Source: a virus
Lineage: Duplodnaviria; Caudoviricetes
Length of the DNA: 56,090 bases
IMG/VR virus record: IMGVR_UViG_3300037191_001062
Span: 1-56,090 of that record
Reading direction: 5' to 3' (one strand)
The notes beneath the pieces were generated by a model. The model was not told the origin of the DNA and did not search any database. It saw nothing but the letters and a program-made list of their open reading frames with translations. How positions within the stretch are numbered: position 1 is the stretch's first letter; the number at the start of each line of letters is the position of its first letter. This document shows positions 18,772 through 26,056 of this stretch, one piece after another. The position numbers and the translations under genes are program-made.

Positions 18772-19923
18772 ATGTCATTTGAATACAAAACGGAATCATT
18801 GATAGCAAATTTTGTTAATAATACGCTTGGCGAAGCTAAAACAGCAAAAGTTACTGATAAACTCGACGATGGCGATGGAATGGATCCTGTCGGTAAAGGC
18901 GACGCCGATATTGATAACGATGGCGATGTAGATAAGTCAGACAAATATTTAAAAAATCGTCGTAGAGTAATTGGTAAAGAAATTAAGAAAGAATCCGTTG
19001 AACTACAAGAAGCTCAATATAAAGATTTGCAGTCATGGTTGATCGCTGCTCTTGATCCAGCTGGCTCTAATGTATCATACTTTAACGGTAAATTTAAAGT
19101 ACTAGTAGGCCGTAATAAATCACATACGTGGGATACTAATAAAGGCAAAGGTTCTGTAATGGAGTCTGTTGAAATTGAAGAAGGTTTTACTGTTAGTATG
19201 AAAGGCGGTTCAATTGGCGGCGGTAAATCGAAAGGTAGAGAATTTGATACCAAAGAAGAAGCTGCTGCGTATGCCAAAAGAATGAATAAAGTTTTATCTC
19301 CAGGTGAGAAGAAACATTATGGTATGAAGTATGTTGTAGTCAAAGAATCCATTGAAATTGAAGAAGGTTTTAAGAAAGGCGACAAAGTTACTGTTAAGAA
19401 TGCAAAATCATACGATGCACTAGCAAAACCTGAAGTTAGTGGTGTTGTTGGTGGAATGAATGGCGACAAAGTTATGGTTAAAGTTGGAACTGGTTCAATG
19501 AACGTTGATGCTAAAGACTTAATCAAAAAAACAATGGAAGAGTCGCAAGGTAACACTAAAAGTATGCGAGGCTCGTCACGCGTCGGTGGTAAAGAATTTG
19601 CTATAGTCAACAATTATGGTGAAGTTCATAGTAAAGATTATGGCTCTGCTAGCGAAGCTCGCAAAGAAATTAGATCGTATGGTCTTAAAAGTCATAAAGT
19701 AGTAGATGTTGTCGATCTTGAAGAAGGTTCTGTTGTATTAGAAGCTGCTATTGGTGATTATAAAGAACTAATCAAGTTTGCAAGTTCTGAAGGTGGTGCT
19801 GATAAAAGTGACATGCTTAAAGCAGCAGCACTCATTGCTAAAGGCGAAAAAGAATTACTTAAGAAACATTTAGATAACATGGATAGTTATCCTGTAGATA
19901 TCATTAATAGCTATATAGATTAA
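18772..19923 (+). CDS. modular late protein, probable internal head protein
   Basis: DPVGKGDADIDNDGDVDKSDKYL Ca-binding-like motif; repeated ESVELQEA/ESVEIEEG/ESIEIEEG. Confidence 0.8.
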   Translation: MSFEYKTESLIANFVNNTLGEAKTAKVTDKLDDGDGMDPVGKGDADIDNDGDVDKSDKYLKNRRRVIGKEIKKESVELQEAQYKDLQSWLIAALDPAGSNVSYFNGKFKVLVGRNKSHTWDTNKGKGSVMESVEIEEGFTVSMKGGSIGGGKSKGREFDTKEEAAAYAKRMNKVLSPGEKKHYGMKYVVVKESIEIEEGFKKGDKVTVKNAKSYDALAKPEVSGVVGGMNGDKVMVKVGTGSMNVDAKDLIKKTMEESQGNTKSMRGSSRVGGKEFAIVNNYGEVHSKDYGSASEARKEIRSYGLKSHKVVDVVDLEEGSVVLEAAIGDYKELIKFASSEGGADKSDMLKAAALIAKGEKELLKKHLDNMDSYPVDIINSYID

Positions 19924-19952
19924 TAATTAACAATAATAAAGAGGAAACACAA

Positions 19953-20252
19953 ATGGCTTCATGGGGAAAAACTGATACTTTAGCAGATGCTCCAAAGTAC
20001 TTAACAGACACAGAAGTAGCTACAACAGTATTCATTGATACTAACGAAGCAGTAGTTTCAGCTAACAGATCAAAAGGTCTTAAAACTCCGGGTTGGAATA
20101 CGTATTCAGAATATGTAGACCAAAATGGTAACACTCGTAAAAAAGTTGAACCGTTAGTTGTAATGAAAGTTACTGCTGCTGAAGACACTGGTCTAGATGT
20201 TGGTGTAACTGGTGATACTGCAGTTGAAGATGCTATAGTTGCAGATAGTTAA
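19953..20252 (+). CDS. conserved late hypothetical protein
   Basis: GAGGA RBS; MASWG..D, GLKTPGW, RKKVEPLV. Confidence 0.8.
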   Translation: MASWGKTDTLADAPKYLTDTEVATTVFIDTNEAVVSANRSKGLKTPGWNTYSEYVDQNGNTRKKVEPLVVMKVTAAEDTGLDVGVTGDTAVEDAIVADS

Positions 20253-20290
20253 TAAATAACTATATAATAAAAACTATATAGATAATAACT

Positions 20291-20665
20291 ATGAAATTGA
20301 CAGAACAAACCTTTCTTTTATATGCAATGAAGCATTACGATAATCCTCATTGCACTGACGTTGCTGAATTTGAAGAAGACTTAAAAAGATTTCAATATCT
20401 TAGAAAACTTTTCGGAAGATATAGACAAGAAAAAGATTTAAAAGAAAGGTTAATTCTTAATCATCTTATAGTTATTTACAATGTGTTTGGAATTGAAGCT
20501 ACTCAAATGTTATTTTTTAAGCTGCATCAATATCACGAGTATTTATTACCGTTTGTTGAATATTTAAATTATATGCCAAACGTTGTTGAATATGAGAATT
20601 TAAGTATAGCAAAAGTTTCTATTGATTCAGACAAGCATATCGTAAATACACTAAAGGGAATATAA
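20291..20665 (+). CDS. conserved T4-like hypothetical protein
   Basis: YAMKHYDNP.C...EFEEDLKRF.Y, ERLILNH. Confidence 0.85.
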   Translation: MKLTEQTFLLYAMKHYDNPHCTDVAEFEEDLKRFQYLRKLFGRYRQEKDLKERLILNHLIVIYNVFGIEATQMLFFKLHQYHEYLLPFVEYLNYMPNVVEYENLSIAKVSIDSDKHIVNTLKGI

Positions 20666-20668
20666 CAA

Positions 20669-21199
20669 ATGGTAGATTTATTTTTAGTCTATAAGTTTAT
20701 ACGACAACTTACAAAATCGTTCGTTAACTGGGATGCCTATAAAGAAGGCATAATAGATAAAGATGGAAAAATTCTTATCAAAAGAAAGGATTTAAAGACA
20801 CAAAAAGAAAAAAGCGCATTTGGCGTTTTAGAATTAATGATCTTAAATATTAAAAATTTATTAGCTAAACTCCCAGGGAATGGCAAACTTGGTTCGTACT
20901 CAGCGGCATTATGGTTAATAAGAGAATGGAATCATTTTAGTGACGATACTTTATTGACCGAAGATATAACTGATGATCAAATACATAGATCAGTAGCTAA
21001 ATTTAATAGATGTTATACTCATTATATCATAGAAGCGGAAAATGTCAACGATTATTTTAAGCTAAATGAAAAAAAGATTAATGAAGAACCTACAGTATCA
21101 GCTGGTTCTGGTAATATTGCTGGTATTGGTGTTGGACCAGACGGTGAACCGCCCAAGCCAAAAAAGAAATTAAAGGATGTGATGCGGAGAAATAAATGA
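20669..21199 (+). CDS. conserved T4-like hypothetical protein
   Basis: DLFLVYKFIR.L..F..WDAYKEGIID.DG; AALWLIRE. Confidence 0.8.
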   Translation: MVDLFLVYKFIRQLTKSFVNWDAYKEGIIDKDGKILIKRKDLKTQKEKSAFGVLELMILNIKNLLAKLPGNGKLGSYSAALWLIREWNHFSDDTLLTEDITDDQIHRSVAKFNRCYTHYIIEAENVNDYFKLNEKKINEEPTVSAGSGNIAGIGVGPDGEPPKPKKKLKDVMRRNK

Positions 21200-21651
21200 A
21201 ACCTAAAAATAAAGAAAATCTATTTGAACAATTAAAAATAGACGAAGGCGTAAAGTATCACACGTATTTAGATCACTTAGGTTATCACACATTCGGTGTT
21301 GGTCATTTAGTCGTGTCGACAGACGAAGAATTTGGCGAGTTTGTTGGAACTCTAGTTAGTGAAGTTCGTGTGTGGGAAGTATTCCACTCAGATTTGGATA
21401 AGATGATTGGCGAATGTGAGATATTATTCGATGGTTATTGGCATTGTTTTCCTGGTGAAGTACAAGAAATTCTAGTGAATATGATGTTCAATATGGGTAG
21501 AACCCGCCTATCAAAATTCAAAAACATGATAATCCAATTAAAACTTCACGATTGGGCTCAAAGTGCAATCGAAGGCCGAGATAGTCGTTGGCATAAACAA
21601 GTACCAAACAGAGCAGAACGTCTAATGGTGCGCCTTGAAAATTATAAATAA
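21196..21651 (+). CDS. endolysin, T4-lysozyme family (GH24)
   Basis: DEG...YLDHLGYHTFGVGH (E-x8-D-x5-T), NMMFNMG, DSRWHKQVPNRAERL. Confidence 0.92.
   Translation: MKPKNKENLFEQLKIDEGVKYHTYLDHLGYHTFGVGHLVVSTDEEFGEFVGTLVSEVRVWEVFHSDLDKMIGECEILFDGYWHCFPGEVQEILVNMMFNMGRTRLSKFKNMIIQLKLHDWAQSAIEGRDSRWHKQVPNRAERLMVRLENYK
21643..21650 (+). promoter_or_regulatory. T4-type late promoter
   Basis: TATAAATA overlapping the endolysin stop codon. Confidence 0.75.
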
Positions 21652-21682
21652 CTAGTAATATTAATCCTTAGGAGAACATTAA

Positions 21683-21883
21683 ATGTCAATCGAAAAAATA
21701 ATTGCACACGCAATTCAAGGTAACGTGCTTGAAATGGAAGAATCGTTTAAAGAAGAAATGCGTGATCGCATATCTATTGAACTTGAAGAAAAAAGAAAGA
21801 AAATAGCTAAAGAGTCTGAAGAAGATGAACTCGAAGATGATGATGATGAAGATGAACTCGAAGAATATTCTAACAAAAAATGA
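21683..21883 (+). CDS. acidic protein resembling prohead core protein gp67
   Basis: AGGAG RBS; II.HAI.GN..E....F...M..RI...LE..R..IA plus acidic tail. Confidence 0.6.
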   Translation: MSIEKIIAHAIQGNVLEMEESFKEEMRDRISIELEEKRKKIAKESEEDELEDDDDEDELEEYSNKK

Positions 21884-22140
21884 ATTGTTAAGCGAAACAA
21901 TTACAACATCTACTGATAATAACTCAACATTGCGTTGCTAAGAAAATAATTACTCTATTAAAAAGAGCAATAAATTGATAAGAACTACAACGTAATGTTC
22001 AGTGAATTTGATAGTGTTGAATTAAATAGTACATCAAAAAAGTGCACTTAGCACTATCAAATTCTGTTAAAACAGCTAAAAATAAGATTTCGTTTAGTGA
22101 CGCACTAGAATATAACTTCATCATTGATATTACGAATATG
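21883..22140 (+). ncRNA. candidate structured RNA in intergenic gap
   Basis: stems 21883-21902, 21926-21937/21988-21999 and 22004-22020/22048-22064 with G-U pairs; no ORF. Confidence 0.4.
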
Positions 22141-22230
22141 TAAATTAAGTACTAACTAATTTTAATAATGTATATAAGTTACTTGTTAGGTTCTATAAGA
22201 TATAGAGTTGAAAAAACTCAGGAGAGCAAC

Positions 22231-22872
22231 TTGTCAGAAGAACATGATATTAAACCAAGACGTAGATTAGATATATCTTCTTTAATTATTGTCATTATTA
22301 CAAATTTTGTTACGTTATCAGGTTCATTATTTGCGTTCAAGACTAGTCAGGATACTACTCAGAGCGCATTAATGAAAACTGCTTTACATCAAGTGCAATT
22401 GCAGAGTAAAGAAATAGTAGAACTTAGAGGTTTACTATTAGATGCTCAAATAAAGATAATAAATTTAGAAACTAGAGTTAGATCAAATGTTGATGAAACT
22501 GTGTTGATGTCTGAATTTTTAGACTCTCTACCATTTCCAGCTTGGATTAAAAGATTCCGCAAAGAAGACGGATTATTTGAAATGACTCTCATAAACCAAC
22601 ACTACACTGCTGACTTTGGTTATACGGAAAATGAATACATTGGCAAGACTGATTTTGATATACATAGTGATGAACTTGCTAGTTTATATTTATCAGATGA
22701 TCTTATGGTTTTAAGCACTGAGAAAATGCGGGTTATAGAACAAATTATGGTAACCAAGAACGGTGTTCCTAAAAAGATATTTGTTTATAAGTTTATAATC
22801 AGGCTACCAGACGGTGAATTAGCAGTAGGCGGTGTAGCAATAGATAAGAAAGATATTGGTGTAATACATTAA
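22231..22872 (+). CDS. TM + coiled coil + PAS-domain protein
   Basis: in-frame TTG after AGGAG (ORF track starts at 22168); FLDSLPFPAWIK...IN..Y...FG....YIGKTDFDI...DD..VL is a PAS_4-type pattern. Confidence 0.8.
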   Translation: MSEEHDIKPRRRLDISSLIIVIITNFVTLSGSLFAFKTSQDTTQSALMKTALHQVQLQSKEIVELRGLLLDAQIKIINLETRVRSNVDETVLMSEFLDSLPFPAWIKRFRKEDGLFEMTLINQHYTADFGYTENEYIGKTDFDIHSDELASLYLSDDLMVLSTEKMRVIEQIMVTKNGVPKKIFVYKFIIRLPDGELAVGGVAIDKKDIGVIH

Positions 22873-22890
22873 ATAACGCGGGGTTCAATT

Positions 22891-23382
22891 ATGAATTGGT
22901 CAGATATAAAAGGTGTCATTGGTAATATTGCCCCATTAGTTGGTACTGCTATTGGTGGTCCAGCTGGTACAGTCATAGGTTCAATGGTGTCAAATGCATT
23001 AGGTGTAGATAATACCCCCGACGCTATCGCATTAGCGCTAAAAACTGACCCGGAAGCTGCAATAAAACTACGAAAATTTCAAATTGATAATGAAAAAGAT
23101 ATTCGAAAGCATGCTTTCGAAGTTCTTGATGTCGAACTTCAAGACAAACAAAGTGCCCGTAATTCGCACAAACATAATCCGATGCCAATGATAATATGTA
23201 TAGCACTAACAGGAATGGTTGCCGGTGGCGCTTATATGTTATTTACAATGGATATTCCTGTTGATAACAAAAACATAGCAAACTTACTATTCGGTACGTT
23301 GTTAGCAAAATGGGGTGACTCAATAGCATACTGGGTTGGTACAACGCGTTCAAGCAGTGAAAAAACAAAATTGATGAAATAA
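22891..23382 (+). CDS. 3TM holin-like protein
   Basis: APLVGTAIGGPAG N-terminus, D.QSAR, two C-terminal TM segments, YWVGTTRSS.EK. Confidence 0.75.
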   Translation: MNWSDIKGVIGNIAPLVGTAIGGPAGTVIGSMVSNALGVDNTPDAIALALKTDPEAAIKLRKFQIDNEKDIRKHAFEVLDVELQDKQSARNSHKHNPMPMIICIALTGMVAGGAYMLFTMDIPVDNKNIANLLFGTLLAKWGDSIAYWVGTTRSSSEKTKLMK

Positions 23383-23384
23383 AG

Positions 23385-23413
23385 TTGACATTTTAGTTAT
23401 ACTATGTTATAAT
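23385..23413 (+). promoter_or_regulatory. sigma70-type promoter for primase operon
   Basis: TTGACA-17-TATAAT. Confidence 0.85.
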
Positions 23414-23459
23414 GTATCTACGATAAAAACGAATAAGACTGTATAATTTAACATAGTCG

Positions 23460-23488
23460 TTGACATATATAGTTGACTGTGATACAAT
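23460..23488 (+). promoter_or_regulatory. second tandem sigma70-type promoter
   Basis: TTGACA-17-TACAAT. Confidence 0.7.
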
Positions 23489-23526
23489 ACAACAATCATA
23501 GAAACAACTAAAGAAGTGTATAATGA

Positions 23527-24558
23527 ATGATTGATTTTGTAGAAATAAAATATGCTCAATTGCTTGCTGGTAGACTTGACAATTATAGAGTAAAATCCCA
23601 CGCACCATATAAGATTAATTTTAGATGTCCTATATGTGGCGACTCTGAAAAAAGCAAGTCTAAGACTCGTGGATGGCTCATAGAAAAGAATAATGGCTTT
23701 TACTTCTATTGTCACAATGGTTGTGGTAGTAGGTCCTTTAATCAATTTCTTAAAAGTCAAGACAATATGTTATTCAACGACTATATTGCCGAAAAGTTCA
23801 TGAGCAAGAATACTTCTAATTCTAAAAAAGAAAAAGAACGCACAATCACTGGCGATATGTTCACTGCACCAAAATTCAATAAAGAAAAACCTGTTGATCC
23901 CTTAAAGAAAATCAAAAAGATAAGCCAATTAGAGTGGAACCATCCTATAAAACGATATATCAATCGTAGAGAGATTCCAACTAACCAGCATTATCGCATG
24001 TATTTTGCTAAGAAATTTCAAGCCTGGATTAACACGATCATACCAGACAAGTTTCCTAATATTAAAAAAGACGAACCTCGTTTAGTCATACCATTTCTTG
24101 ACGAAGATGGTAAAATGTTTGGTTGTTCAGCTCGTGGTTTTGATCCTAACGGAATAAGATATATATCTATAATGTTCGATGAAAGACCTAAAGTATTTGG
24201 ATTAGACACTGTTGATTTTAATCGTGAATACTTCATACTTGAAGGAGCTTTAGATAGTATGTTTATAGAAAACTCCGTTGCCATGGCAGGCGCAGATGGT
24301 AATATTGGGGGTTTTGAAAATATAGAAAATGCAGTATTTGTGTTTGATTCTGAACCGCGCAATAATCAAATACATAAGCTTATGACAAAGATTATAAAAT
24401 CTGGTTATAAGATATGTATATGGCCAGATAATGTTCCTGGTAAAGATATTAACGAAATGTTTTTGAATGGTGTCAAAAGCCCAAGAAAACTGATAAAAGA
24501 AAACACATATTTTGGTTTAACAGCAGAAGCTAAATTTTCGGCGTGGAGAAAGACGTAG
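23527..24558 (+). CDS. 61: DNA primase gp61
   Basis: FRCPICGDS...CHNGC zinc finger, RLVIPF, EGALDSMF, DINEM Toprim motifs. Confidence 0.97.
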   Translation: MIDFVEIKYAQLLAGRLDNYRVKSHAPYKINFRCPICGDSEKSKSKTRGWLIEKNNGFYFYCHNGCGSRSFNQFLKSQDNMLFNDYIAEKFMSKNTSNSKKEKERTITGDMFTAPKFNKEKPVDPLKKIKKISQLEWNHPIKRYINRREIPTNQHYRMYFAKKFQAWINTIIPDKFPNIKKDEPRLVIPFLDEDGKMFGCSARGFDPNGIRYISIMFDERPKVFGLDTVDFNREYFILEGALDSMFIENSVAMAGADGNIGGFENIENAVFVFDSEPRNNQIHKLMTKIIKSGYKICIWPDNVPGKDINEMFLNGVKSPRKLIKENTYFGLTAEAKFSAWRKT

Positions 24559-24560
24559 TT

Positions 24561-25139
24561 ATGATTAATATGATATTAGCAATTGATCTTGAAGGTGGTA
24601 TTGGTAAAGATGGAACACTACCTTGGTATTATCCTGAAGATTTAAAAAGATTCAAGATGTTAACTAAAGACGATATTGTTGTAATGGGTAGAAATACTTG
24701 GAACGATCCTAAGTTTCCTAAACCTTTAAAGAGTAGAAAAACTGTTGTGTGTTCTAGGAATAGTGATTTACTAATAGAACCATATCATATTGACGTAATT
24801 CTTGATGGCAAATATAGCGATATACCCAACGAAATTAATTGGATTTATAATACTGATGTAATTCTTGATGCTTCTGAAGGTGATACACCTAAGAAAGTTA
24901 ATTGGCCGGATTACCTTGAAATAATAAACCATAGTAATAAAAACGTATGGATTATTGGTGGCGCTAAGTTATATCATCAAATGTTGTTGCACGTTGATAA
25001 TGTATTCCTGACGATGATATTTGATACTCATGACTGTGACACGTTTTTTGATACCTCGATACTATACGATAAATTTGAAATTATTGGGAAAGAACACTTC
25101 GATGATTATTCTTTCTTAACATATAGGAGAAATAAATAA
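24561..25139 (+). CDS. frd: dihydrofolate reductase with internal 21-aa duplication
   Basis: IGKDGTLPW..PEDLKRFK, VVMGRNTW, WIIGGAKLY, CDTFF; start uncertain (24543, 24561 or 24570). Confidence 0.93.
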   Translation: MINMILAIDLEGGIGKDGTLPWYYPEDLKRFKMLTKDDIVVMGRNTWNDPKFPKPLKSRKTVVCSRNSDLLIEPYHIDVILDGKYSDIPNEINWIYNTDVILDASEGDTPKKVNWPDYLEIINHSNKNVWIIGGAKLYHQMLLHVDNVFLTMIFDTHDCDTFFDTSILYDKFEIIGKEHFDDYSFLTYRRNK

Positions 25140-26029
25140 TGGATAAACAGTATAAAGAAATGTTGCAATACGTACTAGATAATGGTACATATAAGAAAGA
25201 TAGAACTGGTACAGGCACATTGAGTGTATTTGGTTATGATATGCGATTCGATTTAAGTGAAGGTTTTCCAGCAATTACAACTAAGAAACTTGCTTGGAAA
25301 TCAGTCGTAAGCGAATTACTTTGGATGCTTGAAGGTTCTGAAGATGAACGTAGACTTGCTGAAATACTGTATGATAAACCAAGAGAAGAGTTAATAAATA
25401 AAAAAACTATATGGACAGATAACGCAGATAAACAAGGTAAAGAATTGGGATACACAAACACAGATCTTATAAAAAGTTTAGGTCCTGTTTATGGTTCACA
25501 ATGGCGCAGTTGGTATAATGGACAGACTAGTGAAGAATATGATCAAATTGCTCAACTGATTAACAGTCTTAAAAATAATCCCAGTTCAAGACGACATATA
25601 TTATCTGCGTTCAATGTCGGTGAGATTGGCATGATGGCATTACCACCATGTCATTATGCAGCTGAGTTCAATGTAACTTCTGATAGACTCAGCTGCAAAT
25701 TTAACATGAGATCTAACGATCTATTCTTAGGCAATCCTTTTAATGTTGCTGGTTATGCTTTGTTGACTCATATACTTGCAAAGGAATGTGGTTATGAAGT
25801 TGGTGACCTTATATGTTCAATTGGCGATGCTCACATTTACGTGAATCACGTCGAGCAAGTAAAAGAATTATTACTGCGTGAACCATATGATATGCCAACT
25901 CTAGAAATAGATGAAAACTTTAGTCTAAAGTCAAGATTATATAGTGGATTTCAGCAAAAAGACGTTGACATGTTCAAGCTTTTGTGTTATAATAGCCACG
26001 AAGCAATAAAAGCACCAATGGCTGTATGA
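25139..26029 (+). CDS. td: thymidylate synthase ThyA
   Basis: DRTGTGT, LGPVYGSQWR, MALPPCH, RSNDLFLG.PFN, GDAHIY, KAPMAV. Confidence 0.97.
   Translation: MDKQYKEMLQYVLDNGTYKKDRTGTGTLSVFGYDMRFDLSEGFPAITTKKLAWKSVVSELLWMLEGSEDERRLAEILYDKPREELINKKTIWTDNADKQGKELGYTNTDLIKSLGPVYGSQWRSWYNGQTSEEYDQIAQLINSLKNNPSSRRHILSAFNVGEIGMMALPPCHYAAEFNVTSDRLSCKFNMRSNDLFLGNPFNVAGYALLTHILAKECGYEVGDLICSIGDAHIYVNHVEQVKELLLREPYDMPTLEIDENFSLKSRLYSGFQQKDVDMFKLLCYNSHEAIKAPMAV
25965..25993 (+). promoter_or_regulatory. intragenic sigma70-type promoter for nrdA
   Basis: TTGACA-17-TATAAT in td 3' end. Confidence 0.75.
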
Positions 26030-26056
26030 ATCAAATAATAATAAATTGGAGAAAAA

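Noticed and set aside
22168-22230. ORF-track start of the PAS protein at 22168
   Set aside because: No RBS there; the in-frame TTG at 22231 follows AGGAG.
25139-26029. dCMP hydroxymethylase (modified-cytosine pathway)
   Set aside because: It retains the dUMP-specifying Asn (PFNVAGY) and full ThyA motifs and is coupled to DHFR.
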